Both the position numbers and the translations under genes were made by a program. 64,000 nucleotides of DNA from Octopus bimaculoides (lineage: Eukaryota), in assembly GCF_001194135.2 (NCBI RefSeq), contig NC_068982.1, positions 126,010,727-126,074,726 of the forward strand. Direction: 5' to 3'. Below the pieces are notes generated by a model. The model made no database searches, was not told where the DNA came from, and worked only from the letters and a program-made list of their open reading frames with translations. This document shows, piece by piece, positions 1 to 13,067 of the stretch. Position 1 is the first letter of the stretch. Each line of letters opens with the position of its first letter.

Positions 1-5
1 GCTGT

Positions 6-73
6 CCTTCCTCTGATCAAGTCTTCCCTCTGATGAACTCCTTCCTCTGATCGAGCCCTTCCTCTGATCAAGT
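6..73. repeat. 17-bp minisatellite, about 4 copies
   Basis: ccttcctctgatcaagt-like unit repeated four times with few substitutions. Confidence 0.8.
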
Positions 74-118
74 CATAAAAATACCAACTGGCAAAGATAA
101 TTTAGAGCATTGCATTAA

Positions 119-333
119 CCCTTTACCATTCAGATTACTCTGTCAAATATAATGCATCTTTATTCACATCGTTTTGAATTAATCATGTATTATCTCATAG
201 CTTTAAAATTTTGATATGATAGTTATTTTTGAATGACATTGTAGTGCAGGTATGAGAGACTAGATCTGACTGGTTTCAACGTCAAACATGTTGTATATCT
301 GGGCCAGATATGGCCGGTTTAAATGTGAAAGGG
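119..333. mobile_element. piggyBac-type MITE, copy 1
   Basis: TTAA|CCCTTT...AAAGGG|TTAA termini (TTAA at 115-118 and 334-337); interior homologous to 14336-14559. Confidence 0.8.
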
Positions 334-513
334 TTAACTTACAGCTGAAGCAAAATAAATATTTCCCTACAGTTTTTTTAGGTCTACATGTCCATGTTAT
401 GATTTGAACATCACCTATGCTAACTCACTCAGTTATACATTAACAACATGCAGGTATGACTGTGAGTGGATTTGGTTAAGAGAAACTGAAAAAAATCCCA
501 TCATATATATGTA

Positions 514-1250
514 CAAGGTGGGTGAACAGTAAATAGGCATTAAATATTGGTAATAAGATCTATATTCCTTTTACAAATTTATTGAAACAAATGATACATG
601 TTCTTTATTACATGGAAAAATTTAAAGTAAAACTTCATATTTCAACGTAAGGACTTGTGGCATCAATCAGTTTCCTCAAACCTCCAGGGACGTCGTTTGG
701 GATATCATTGAGAACCTCCTGAATCCATGTCGCCAAGTCCTGTAGTGTGTGAGGTTTTGTCTTGTACACCTCTTTTGTGTAACCCCACAGGTAAAAATCA
801 CAAGGAGTGAGATCTAGACTTCTTGGAGTTCTGGAATTCTGCAGTCACAGTCTTCAGGTCTTGGTTCCTGCATGCAATGGGGTTTCCACGGATGAAAATT
901 CAATTCTTTAGGCAATACCATATGTATTGTGTGTCTTGTTAGTCCACTTTCACGAGTTGCCTGATGTGTTGATTTTTGTAGGCTGTGATTAAACATTTCC
1001 TGCACTGGTGCCACATTCTCTGCTGATTGGGATGTGGTTGGACAGCCACTTCTTCTTGCATCATTCACAGAGTCCATGGTCATCAGCTTTGCATGACACT
1101 TATCTATTGTCTCCAGACATAGTGTTGCATGGTTACCTTTCCATGCACACCACCATCTCTGAACCAAAACAATGGAATTCCACACTTCATAGCGTGCTGC
1201 TATCTTAGCTGGCTTCTGAACAGTCAAGCAACCGGCCATCTGGAAAATAA
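514..1250 (-). mobile_element. Internally deleted Tc1/mariner-superfamily (maT/rosa-like) transposon
   Basis: ATG at 1239: MAGCLTVQKPAKIAARYEVWNS...DARRSGCP...KELNFHPWKPH (DUF4817-type HTH N-terminus), joined by frameshift to PRSLDLTPCDFYLWGY...YVEI* (stop 635-637). Most of the catalytic domain is missing. TA|CAAGGTGG terminus at 512-514. Confidence 0.8.
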
Positions 1251-1257
1251 GAAATAA

Positions 1258-1560
1258 AACAGTCAAACCGTCCAACCCATGCCAGCATGGAAAACGGACA
1301 TTAATCAATGATGATGATGATATATATTTGTGTGTATGTGTGTCTTTGTGTATATGTTTGTTCCTCCCCCCACTTAACAACTGGTGCTGGTGTGTTTATG
1401 TCCCCATAACTTAGTGGTTCAGCAAAAGTGACTGATAGAATAAGCACTAGGCTTGCAAAGAATAAGTCCTCGGGTCGATTTCTTCAACTAAAACCCTTTA
1501 AGGCATGCTCCAGCATGACCACAGTCAAATGGCTGAAACACATAAAAGAATAAAAGAATA
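1258..1560 (+). mobile_element. RTE 3' tail followed by 3' half of SINE family A
   Basis: cagtcaaaccgtccaacccatgccagcatggaaa...(gat)n, then a SINE-A body ending aaaagaataaaagaata. Confidence 0.8.
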
Positions 1561-2056
1561 TATACACACACAACCATCCAATGCCAAAGGTTGCCACTTT
1601 GCATGTATGAAAACATCTATATTTCTACATGTGGACATTCAGGTTCCTTGTAATTTTTTTTTTTTTTTTTTTTTTTTTTGCTATATTTGTACACACATTG
1701 CAGAACTAGTTAAATTAACTGGAAGAATCCATAGAAGAGAAAGGAACTGGAAATAATCTGTAAGAAATTGATAGAATTCCAGAGCTGAACAAAAAATAAG
1801 TTTCTTTATGAAATATATAAATATTTAAGTATCTATATATGTAATATAAATCTATAGATACATGCCTGAAACATTTGATATTTTTTTTAATCATGGTTAT
1901 ACACAGCTATTGGCACAATATCCTGGCAGTTCTTGTTTGTTTTTTCTGTAAATTTTCTGTATTTGTGTTCCAAAGTGTTCTACTATGAGGACAATGATTA
2001 ACACAAACACACACATTTACATAGATATATTTATGTGTGTATATGTAATGTGTGTG

Positions 2057-2098
<42 letters not shown>

Positions 2099-2202
2099 GA
2101 TAGATAGATAGATACATTTCTTTTATTAGCCACACAGGGCTCAACGAAGATGGGACAAATACAATGTAGAGCTTTTCTTTTGGGGAGGGGGAAAGGAAGA
2201 AA

Positions 2203-2890
2203 NNNNNNNNNNNNNNNNNNNNNNNNNNNNNNNNNNNNNNNNNNNNNNNNNNNNNNNNNNNNNNNNNNNNNNNNNNNNNNNNNNNNNNNNNNNNNNNNNN
2301 NNNNNNNNNNNNNNNNNNNNNNNNNNNNNNNNNNNNNNNNNNNNNNNNNNNNNNNNNNNNNNNNNNNNNNNNNNNNNNNNNNNNNNNNNNNNNNNNNNNN
2401 NNNNNNNNNNNNNNNNNNNNNNNNNNNNNNNNNNNNNNNNNNNNNNNNNNNNNNNNNNNNNNNNNNNNNNNNNNNNNNNNNNNNNNNNNNNNNNNNNNNN
2501 NNNNNNNNNNNNNNNNNNNNNNNNNNNNNNNNNNNNNNNNNNNNNNNNNNNNNNNNNNNNNNNNNNNNNNNNNNNNNNNNNNNNNNNNNNNNNNNNNNNN
2601 NNNNNNNNNNNNNNNNNNNNNNNNNNNNNNNNNNNNNNNNNNNNNNNNNNNNNNNNNNNNNNNNNNNNNNNNNNNNNNNNNNNNNNNNNNNNNNNNNNNN
2701 NNNNNNNNNNNNNNNNNNNNNNNNNNNNNNNNNNNNNNNNNNNNNNNNNNNNNNNNNNNNNNNNNNNNNNNNNNNNNNNNNNNNNNNNNNNNNNNNNNNN
2801 NNNNNNNNNNNNNNNNNNNNNNNNNNNNNNNNNNNNNNNNNNNNNNNNNNNNNNNNNNNNNNNNNNNNNNNNNNNNNNNNNNNNNNNNNN
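2203..2890. other. Assembly gap (other gaps: 7819-7895, 22293-22302, 26527-26536, 37858-38240, 52854-53321, 57174-57575)
   Basis: Runs of N, mostly flanked by microsatellites. Confidence 1.
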
Positions 2891-2891
2891 N

Positions 2892-2942
<51 letters not shown>

Positions 2943-3241
2943 TAGATAGATAGAGAGATAGGTAGACAAATTTATACAAATAAGTATATGTTCTGTTCAG
3001 TTATATGGAAAGTGACATTTATTCTTGAGGCTGCTATGGACTAAAAATAGAGAATACCACTGTGTTTGTGTATTTATATGTTTGTGTGTGTTTATATGTT
3101 TGTAGTTTAACATTCCATCGCATATTTGCACGCACACAACACTCACCCTAGACACATGCATCCAAGCTCACCTCAAATAGTGCTACCGGTAAACAACCAG
3201 CTCATGTTTTTCATGACATCCAGTACTTGCTTGTGCTACAG

Positions 3242-6200
3242 TGAACAGTCTATCTACTCACCACTTTATATTAAACAACGGTCATAGAGCACTGTGGAAC
3301 AATACGTTAGTGTCTTTGAAGGTGTGTGTGTAATGAAACAAAGAAACCTCATTGAGTCTTCTTGTACTAGAACTGTGAAGTTGGGCCAGACAACAGACAA
3401 GTGTGTTTAACAATATCTCATATACTAGGCCAGAAAAGTGTGTTCACACTGAGTGCCTCTACATAGTTGCTTAACCTACTAGCAATAGCAGCTAAATCAT
3501 ACTCCACCATCTTAGTAAAAAAATGACTTATTGGACCATGTGATAATTGCATTATATTTTGGAAAACAAAGTAGTGGTCATTGCTGGAGTGCATTTGGTC
3601 ATAGGTGTGCTCAAACAAGGTTTACCTGTTGGTGAAAAGAAAAGAAAAATAAAACAATATTTAGTTTGTCCCATATTCTATAAATATACTGTACTATTCA
3701 GAGACAATCTTACACAGTACCATACTGTGTTTATTCAGTCTATCAAATCCTTAATTATACAGTACACTGATCAAAGTCTGTTTATCAGTAGCTGTACTAT
3801 ACAGTACATGCTGCAGAAACAATTTCGTATACCATGCAGCATATAATATAAGACAGTGTCATACTGTTGTTCGGAGACAGTGTGTTACAGAGAAAACCAT
3901 AACATAGGCTGTGTGTTACACACTGCGTTATATAATGTGCTGGAGAATATACACAGCAACAAGTTGAAATAGCAAACCATTCACGACTTGTTTATCATGT
4001 GTGGATAATACTGCAGAAGTACAACGTATCATTACGTCAGTGACAGTTCTGTTTTTGCAAGTCAAATATATATTCTAAGTGTATCAACATGAATTATTAC
4101 TTGTTTATCAATCATATTAACAACAGTATTGCTCACCTCACCCATGTCAACATGTCTATATTAACTAATTATTAACAAAATCAACACTGATGCCAGGCAT
4201 TGTCATCAGTATTAGTCATTGTTAACCACATTAACATCCATCCATCTTCATTATTATCTTTGTTAATGATGATAAGCATCCTAATCAGCATCACAGTTTT
4301 AATGTCTAATTATCCGTGCTATTTGTGGACAAGTTAGAAATACAGCATTTCTTCATGTTGTCTCATGCATCATCTGAACTGTAAGATGTAGTGTTCTAAG
4401 AACCACTTTGTCTTTCTTCCCAATTCTTCATTCTACTACAGGTTCTTTTCACCTCATATCATGGTGCTCTTTCACTTGATATGTGTAAGTTGTCAGATCT
4501 CTATAAATCTCTTGGTACATTTTATGCCTAATTACTTTTTCAACTCATTTATACTCAGTCTTTCTGTATTAACATTATGTATCTCAATGGACTTAAGTCA
4601 ACATATTTTTCGCTCATTGCTGTATATCCTTTGCATTTTGTTGCCCACAATCATTAGAATTTAAAGAGATTTAAGAAAAGACAGAGACAGACAGACAGAC
4701 AAACAAATAGAGAGGGAGAGAGTAGGGGTACCTATTGTTGCTGACAGAAATAGTTCTCCTAGTTCTTTTATCCAATATCTAAAGTTATCGCTAGCTTCAC
4801 CTCTAGTATAGAATATGTCATTTTGCTAACATAACTTATCTACTGCAACCAGTGAGTCATCCAAGTAACCTGGATTCTTTATTACATGGCTGCTTATGTT
4901 GTTATTAATTCCTGTGCAACTAAAGTTCTGTTTCCCTGTTAGTCTACCAAATATCCCTCACTGCACATTGTGTGCACTTGCAGTTTGTGGTAAATTTCAA
5001 TTTCCTTTCTACTTCCTCGCTGTGTGTTATACAAAGATATATTAATTGTTATCCTCACTCATTTTGATATCATCTATGACAAGCATTTATTAATTATATC
5101 TCAGAAATACCATTATTTTTTCTACCTTTTAATTTAGTTTATTTCTAAAAACATTCCATGTTTTTAAGCACATATTTAGTACCACTGGTCACATATTTAG
5201 TACCACTGGTAACAGACAGTTAAAACTGTATGTTGTTAGTTACACATGTAAATACATGAAGGTTCTATCAAAAATAATACAAATGTGGGCATAACTTCTT
5301 TATTAACTGATATAGGTCATTCAAATTGCACTTGTTGGTAGAGCAACTCTTCCTTTATAGAAACTCTGTCTTTCTTCATAGTAAGCAAATAATGGGTTCC
5401 AAGCAGAAGCAATGTGATGTCGAGTTCTTGAATGAGAAATATAGGATGTCCTACATCCACAAATACTATAAGTTGTTTGCGAAGGTGGCACATTGGACAA
5501 AAGTAATATGCACAGATGGATGAAGTTTGAAGAAGGGGAAACCAGCATTGAAGACAAACTAGACAGTGGGAGACCATCAGCTGAGACTACTTTTATGAAT
5601 TGAAATGAGAGGACGAGTTGATTTGCATGGTCAGATGAGTCACAACCCATGAGTTTACTACACAACCAGACTGTGATCACAATGCATTCCAGAAGGTTGT
5701 GGTAGGCTTTGGTTATAAGAAAGTGTGTACAAAGTGGATACCTCAGCAGTTGATGCATAGTTTGAAGGTGAAAAGGCTGACACTCCACTCTGATCTACTG
5801 GAGGCATTTGATATCAATGAAGACACATTTTTTTACTGATTTGGTAACAGGAAATGAAACATGGAGATATCTTTATGATTCAGAAACAAAAGCCCAGTCC
5901 ATGGAATAAGATTACACCTCTTCTCCAAGGCCTAAGAAACTTAAGAGAAGTGATCAACGTAGACAGTCATGATGACTGTTTTGGGGGATGACAATGGCAT
6001 CATTCTACTTGATTTCTTAAAAATATGGCTGTACAGCAAACAGTGAGTGGTACATTGAGTCACCTAGAATGCTTAGAGAAACCATTAGCAGACAGAAACT
6101 AAATAAGAATCTGAAATTTATATTCACCACGGCAACACATGACCACATATATCTTTGGCAACTAATCAAACAAATCTGGTACTGTCCAACAGCCACCTGT

Positions 6201-9200
6201 TTGGACCAATGAAGGACAGTCCTAGGGGACAATGTGTTAATGACACAGGCAAGATGAAAATAGCTGTGAAGAAATGAGTACAAGAGTGCACACCTGAATT
6301 TTTTGTTAGAGGATTCAAGGTCTGGGTTCAGCAATGATGCAAATACATCAGTTATAATGGTGACTATGGTGCGTTGTACCTTTGTATAGAGGAAGAGTTA
6401 CTCTATTAACACTTGCACTTTGAATGATCTTTGTCAGTTAAAAAAAAAAGTTATGTCGATTTTTGCATTATTTTCAGTACAACCCTCATAGTTTATTATT
6501 CAACTACGGAAGTAATTGAATAATATTCTTAAGGTTGCAATTTACTCACATGCAGCATCTTTCAGAGCTTGTCACTAATTCAGTTCTTAACCAAATGGAA
6601 AACGGTTAACATTTTTGAAGAGGACTGGTCCCCAGCTACATTTTTGGCATTAAAAATATTGAGATTTGGTCCAGTAGAAAAAAGTTTACACCAAAATTTG
6701 TAGCGACATTGTAGGAGAGTAAGTATTGCCACAAATCAAGTTTAGATCTAAATAACTTTTTTATTTTAAACGCAAAATATATTTATCTTAGCTTCAATGA
6801 TAGAAGAAAACATGAAGAATTTCATAGTTTTGGTCTTATGCAGCAAAAATTTGTATCAAAAAAGTTGTGAGGTAAAATATCATGATAAAAAATATAAGTA
6901 AGGCAAAATTTAGATTTAAGTATAATTAACTTTTTTATTTTAAAAACAAACTATATTTTAATTAAGCTTAAATGAGAGAGCTCAATTCAAGGAATTTCAT
7001 GGTATCAATCAATCTCATGCAATTAAGTTTTAAAAGAAAAACATTATGAGTGCTTGTTTCTCAAATTTGAGGGTGATAATATAGTTCTATACTTTTTTAT
7101 GAACATAGTTCTGGGGGACTTTTAATATATATCACTGGCATCATTGAGGTAAGGAAAAAAATATCGACACCACTAATTGATACATTTCACACATTATTAA
7201 TTAGCATAATAGCATAGCCTGGAAAAAAAACAGGGATTACATGGAAAAATGCAAGCAAGAGAAATAATATTCTTAAGATTATAAATCTGGGAAAGTACAG
7301 GACAAGTTATTACACCTAGTAAAATACAGAACAAGAAAATTTTTACTTAAAATATTGCAGCTAAGGATAAAATATTTTAATTGAGTTATTTTATATTTTT
7401 GATAGAAGTAACAAGTAATAACAAATAGAAGTAATAACTTGTAATAACATTTTTAGCTTTAATAAAAGGTAATATTTTCTAAATCTAAATATCTTATTTG
7501 AACTTTTATCCTTAGCTGCAATATTTTAAGTATAAATTTTCTTGTTCTGTACTTTGCCAGATGTAATAGCTTGTCCCGAACTTTTCCCAATGTAATAACT
7601 TGTCCTGTACTTTTCCAGATTTATAATCTTAAGAATATTATTTCTCTTGCTCACATTTTTCCATATAATTAACACTATTCCACTGCAGAGATGTTCTGGA
7701 AAAGTATGAATTTAACTCTTCAGAAATCTTATTGATCCTGACACTAAGAATATTTTAGAATAGTTGAATCAAAAACTTTTTTCAATTTACATCTAACAAA
7801 ACATGTTAGTTTAATATTNNNNNNNNNNNNNNNNNNNNNNNNNNNNNNNNNNNNNNNNNNNNNNNNNNNNNNNNNNNNNNNNNNNNNNNNNNNNNATATA
7901 TATATATATAGTGTATGTGCTTGTATGTATATATTTATAGATACACATATGCACATACACATATATATGCACATACATACACACATATATGTATTCCATT
8001 ATATCAGATTATATTACATGAATAAGAAAAAAAGCAAACTATTCTTTAGGTAAATATGCAAATTGGATTAACCCAAAATCACAATAGTTAGCAAATATAA
8101 AAGTGACATTGCTACACTTTTGTTGGATTAATTAATGATCTCTTTGTTTACCTGATGCTTTTGTGCTTTTGTTAACGAAAATATACCAGTCAAGTACTGG
8201 GATCAATGCAGTTGACTACTCCTCACACACACACACACACACACTCTCTCTCTCTCCCTCTCTCTCTCATCTGAAAATCGTTGGCCTTCTGCCTATATTA
8301 AAAACAATATTGTTGATTTAATGTTTTAGCAATTTGTTTTTGTTGAGTATCTAAATGTTACAAATAAGTAAATTATATAACTTCACTGCATATAATATGC
8401 TTGCTTTCTCTGTGATAGATGCATCTTACGAACACTATGTTATATATGGAATGTGATTACTGCTTTGAGAAAAAGTGACTAAGGTTGTTATGCGTATGTC
8501 ACATGGAGTTTGATATAATTTGCTCTGTGTGTGTGTGTGTGTGTGAGTGTAAAACTATTTAGTCTTGCTGTGTAGATTGTTTTGATGTGATCAGCAGTGG
8601 GACTATCACAATATCCTTTCCCTTTAGACTCACTTTAGGCCCAGTATACACAAGTTACATGATCTCTGATTGTTTCCTAAAGAGAGTTACATGCTTTCTC
8701 TCTTCCCATGTTGTAAACATTCTATTGTTCTTGTAGCGACCCCTGGCCAGTCTTGATCGAATGAACCAATGATCAAAGGCAATCCAGCTGTGACCATCCC
8801 CCTCTTGTTAAGATATAGTGTATTGGAGTCTATAGTACCCAAAGTGTATTGCTTTTATTTTATTTTCTAATTTGATTTTAATTATTTAGTTACTTATTTT
8901 TTTGAACTGGTAGGGTACGATTTGAAGTGGATTTGGCTGCTATTTCTTGCAGGCCAAGTGTTTACACAGATGATTCCGCTTTGTCTTGGTAAGATTCTGT
9001 TATGGACACATGTTGCGTAAACGTGAAATTAACCATAGTTGCTTGTGAGACAATGCAGCACTATATTCTGTCATTAACACAAAGCTATATTGAACCTGAA
9101 TAAGATGTAAGGAAAATTGAAATCATAATTCCATTGCTGATCACATGATCTTAGTAATGTGGGTTTTAACATAAAACAAGTTTTTAGAGAGAGAGACTAT

Positions 9201-9520
9201 GTTGGAATTTTATTTTACTATGATGTAACAAAGGCTCATCAGGCTGCCTTTTTTTTTTAGGTCAAGATTCACTACTATTAAGAGGTGATGAGTGAAGTTT
9301 TGCCCAGACAGACAGACTGGGTCTAATCTATTATTCTTTTATTCTTTTATTTGTTTCAGTCATTTGATTGTGGCCATACTGAAGCACCGCCTTTAGTCGA
9401 ACAAATCTACCCCAGGGTTTATTCTTTGTTAGCCTAGTACTTATTCTATCGGTCTCTTTTGCCGAACTGCTAAGTTACAGGGACATAAACACACCAATAT
9501 CTGTTGTCAAGTGATGGTGA

Positions 9521-9584
<64 letters not shown>

Positions 9585-12265
9585 GGCTTTGGTTGGCCCT
9601 AGGCTGTTGTAGAAGACACTTGCCCAAGGTGCCACACAGTGGGATGAGAACCCAGAACCATGTGGTTGATAAGCAAGCTACTTACCACACAGCCACACCT
9701 GTGCATACAATCAGCCACTCCTGCGCTTGCACACAGCCACTCCTGCACCTGCACACAGCCACTCCTGCACCTGCACACAGCCACTTCTGTGTCTCCACAC
9801 AGCCATTCCCGCATCTACTGTATGTAAAATTCCCTGAAGATACTCTGTTACTAATGCTGAAGGAAATGAGGTACATGGAATATATTGTCTCACTTTTACA
9901 TTCTGACTTCAAATTTTGCCAAGTTGACTTTGCTTTTCATCCTATCGGTGAGGGTCGATAAATTAAGTACCAGTTTAGAAGTGGGGTCAGTGTAATTGAC
10001 TTGCCTCCTACCCGGAAATTGCTGGCCTTGTGCAAAAATTTGAAACCACTATATTCTCTTGCTCTGGGACACAGTAAATATTGGTTTCAAATTCTGGTAC
10101 AAGGCCAGCAATTTTATGGTAGGAGGCAAGTCAATTGCACCAACCCCACTTCTTGACTGGTACTTACCGTATTTTAATGTATATACTATCGTGGCCAATG
10201 ATAATACCACCTGATTGGCACCCGTGCTGGCGGCACGTAAAAAGCACCATTCCAGCATGGTCAGTGCCAGTATCGCCTGACTGGCCCTCATGCCAGTGGC
10301 ATGTAAAAAGCACCCACTACACTCTCAAAGTCGTTGGTGTTAGGAAGAGCATCCAGCTGTAGAAACTTTGCCAGATCAGAGTGGAGCCTGGTGCAGCCTT
10401 CTGGCTTGCCAGCCCAGTCAAACCGTCCCACCCATGCCAGCATAGAAAGCGGATGGTAAACGATGATGATAATGATGATGATAAGAAGGACTTAAAAGTT
10501 GGAAAGAAGGTTTTGTAAGGGATTATAATACTTTCCATATATAAGAAATTCTCATATTTTTTAGCCTAAATTTTGACAAAAAAGGGTTCCTTATACACGT
10601 TAAAATGCAGTATTTTATTGTCCCTCAAAAAAATGAAAAGCAAAGTTGACCTTTGCAGAATTTGAACTCAGACAGCAAAGATGGGTGAAATATCGCTAAG
10701 CTTTTTTCCTGGTGTCGTAGCGTTTCTGCCAACTCGCTGCCTTACACTTTGTCAAGAATATTCTTTTGTGCTCTAGGTACAAGGCCTGAAATTTTGCGGG
10801 AGGAGGTCAGTCGATTAGATCGATCCCAGTATGTAACTGATACTTAATTTATCGACCCTGAAAGGATGAAAGGCAAAGTCAACCTCAGGGGAATTTGAAC
10901 TCAGAACGTAAAGACAGACGAAATACCGCTAAGCATTTCGCCTGGCGTGCTAATGTTTCTGCCAGCTCACAGTAAATATTAACACCTCTATATACATAAA
11001 GTTAATTTCACAACCACATGGATTTAGGCTCATTACTGTGTGACACCTTGGGCAAATGTATGCTCCTGTTTCCTCAAGCCAATCTCTTGAGTGTGAAATT
11101 CGTAGAGGAAAATATATATGCATTTGTGTTTTAGTATGTGTGTGGAAGCGCAATGGCCCAGTGGTTAGGGCAGCGGAATAGCGGTCGGAGGATCACGGTT
11201 TCGATTCCCAGACCGGGTGTTGTGTGTGTTTATTGAGCAAAAACACCTAAAAGCACGATGAGGCTCTGGCAGGTGGTGGTGGTGACCCCTGTTGTACTCT
11301 TTCGCTCCAACTTTCTCTCACTCTTTCTTCCTGTTTCTTGAGTAATGCTGCAATGGACTGGCGTCCCGTCCAGCTGGGGGGAACACATACGCCATAGAAA
11401 CCAGGAAGCCGGGCCCATGAGCCTGACTAGGCTTTAAAAGGGCGAAAAAAAAAAAAAAAGAAAGTTTTAGTATGTGTATTTGTAAGTAGTCATTTTTGCT
11501 TCTTACATGGTATCATCTGAAAAAAAGAAACTGTCATGTTTACATCTCTAGTGAACATCTAGTTTACATCTCTCATGTTTACATCTCTCATGTTTACATC
11601 TCTCATGTTTACATCTCTAGTGAACATTATCTTCTATATTTTTGTGCCCTTGAAAGAGTGAAATAAAACCTCACTTACTTATAAAACAGAAAAGGGTTGG
11701 CAACAAGACGGGTATCCAGATGTAAAAATAAAATGAGTATGTGTCCAGTCTATGCCAACATAAGAAAATCGATGTAAGACAAAGGAATAAACGATTAGTG
11801 ACTTAATGGTCTAATACTGTCTTCTTTTGGTACTTTCACTTCTACAGTTTGCTATAAATAACATTGCTATGTTTGGCTTTTAAAATTTCAACTTCTTATA
11901 TGGAAGAATAACCTTTCTGCGTCCTTGTAAAACATTGCTAGTTATTAGTTATTTCATTTAAGATAGCTTAAAACAGTGACCTGATCTGTTTTAGCAGTAT
12001 TTTAAGTCCCAGGACAAAGTAAAGCATTGAGGGCCTCTACATATACAACCACAGTATACATGAATTAGTGTTGGGCCCCTAGATATGTAGGGCCTTTAGA
12101 AGACAGCAACAGCAACTGCTGACACTGCAGTTTAGCATCAATGAATCCATCTTTCTATAAAATATTTGTGTTTCTAAATTATATAAAAATACAAATTTAT
12201 ATAAAGATCTAACCAATTTTGCCAATGAAAAAAAAGATATTTATTTTTCTCTTCAGAATAGAATC

Positions 12266-12327
<62 letters not shown>

Positions 12328-13067
12328 TGTGAGTGTGCATGTGCATGCATGCACGCAAGTACCAATAATAAAATCATGCCAGCTATTAGAAATTGTCTGC
12401 TGCTAACTAGATTTGAACCTTGTATCCTTTCTTTTACTATTTTTTGGAGTCAAACATTTTTCTGTTGTAAAAGACAGTGTTCTTGTTAACAGTACAAATA
12501 GTAAAAGTCTTGTTCTAGGATGAAATCAATTCCATGTAATGGTTTGTACAGTTATGTTTAAAGAAATATTTCATCTTATAATCCCTATACTTTATAAATT
12601 TATGCTTTATAATTTATATTTTATAAATTTTTACTTTATATTTTATACTTTATAAATTTATACTAATATGCTTTATAAATCCCCAATCTTGTTTTATTTT
12701 CTCCAATCTAAGAAGAGCTTAAACTGTATAACTTCAAGTAATTTTGGTTATTTTGAATTAAAGCCAATATGACTTTTTCACTTGTGTGTTGCAGTTAAAC
12801 AGAGGTAAGCTACTATTGGTAGCATAATGTGAACTGGCATTTGCTACTTAGAAAACTCTGAAGTGAATTGACATTTTTCTTTAATGAAACGTAAATGTTG
12901 TAGGGCCTTTTTATTTATTTATTTATTTATTATTGTTATTGTTGTTGTTGTTGCTGTCATTTCACTTCTCAGTGCTCTCAATTTCACTTGCCTTGGCTAA
13001 TTCTGAAGAGCAGATAAGACAACCCCTTGTTAAAGATCTCACAGGGGTCTTCTTTGATGATAATTAA
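3242..13067 (+). CDS. Tentative 3' part of a spliced host gene of unknown product (candidate exons 3242-3321, 4442-4484, 4943-4989, 12795-12804, 12973-13067)
   Basis: Each piece is AG/GT-bounded, most with good pyrimidine tracts, and phases chain 1-0-1-0-1 into NSLSTHHFILNNGHRALWNNTLVSLK-VLFTSYHGALSLDM-FYQISLTAHCVHLQFV-LNRV-LSISLALANSEEQIRQPLVKDLTGVFFDDN*, with AATAAA at 13104-13109. Protein not recognised; exons were hand-picked. Confidence 0.3.
5255..6490 (+). mobile_element. Full-length decayed mariner (DD34D-type) transposon
   Basis: Imperfect TIRs (catgaaggttctatcaaaaataatac vs reverse complement tatgagggttgtactgaaaataatgc). Frameshifted transposase with EDKLDSGRPS, KVCTKWIPQQL (WVPR motif), VTGNETW and SNSHLFGPMK motifs. 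Confidence 0.85.
7237..7668. repeat. Fold-back / MITE-like inverted repeat
   Basis: Arm 7237-7372 is the near-exact reverse complement of 7504-7668, which has an extra ~30-bp internal duplication; AT-rich spacer of ~130 bp. Confidence 0.8.
8735..8975 (+). mobile_element. Old dispersed SINE-like repeat family E (further decayed copies near 3450-3625, 22480-22650, 22875-23065, 23590-23800, 24230-24420, 26670-26865, 33030-33505, 34340-34530, 35140-35300, 35925-36000)
   Basis: Recurrent motif ccaggtcagccctgatcgagcagacctatgatcaaaggcattccagccatgaccatccc...gatttggctgctatttctagcag in both orientations. Confidence 0.65.
9332..9700 (-). mobile_element. tRNA-derived SINE family A, full length
   Basis: Head with A-box-like tggctgtgtgg and B-box-like ggttc...ccc, ggcaccttgggcaagtgtcttct body, internal (CA)n, aaaagaataaaagaata tail. 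Confidence 0.85.
10167..10610. mobile_element. pogo/Tigger-type MITE containing an RTE 3'UTR insertion (about 10195-10480, +)
   Basis: TA|CCGTATTTTAATGTATATA at 10165 is the imperfect inverse of TATACACGTTAAAATGCAG|TA ending at 10612. Confidence 0.55.
10630..10968 (-). mobile_element. Two SINE family D copies
   Basis: Reverse complement of gagctggcagaaacgttagcacgcc...gagttcaaattcc...ctttgcctttcatcctttcggggtcgataaattaagtaccag. Confidence 0.8.
11142..11463 (+). mobile_element. tRNA-derived SINE family C, tail variant 1
   Basis: gcgcaatggcccagtggttagggcagcgg...ggtttcgattccc head, poly-A end, 14-bp TSD gttttagtatgtgt (11128-11141 / 11464-11477). Confidence 0.9.
11533..11627. repeat. 15-bp minisatellite (catgtttacatctct)n
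   Basis: About 5 tandem copies. Confidence 0.8.

Noticed and set aside
2017-2979. 260-320 aa ORFs (similar ones at 52733-53394 and 57125-57733)
   Set aside because: Read-through of N-gaps.
11142-11220. tRNA-like sequences at SINE heads (also near 27213, 43140, 44270, 58340)
   Set aside because: A and B boxes are present but there is no complete cloverleaf, and they continue into SINE bodies; not tRNA genes.
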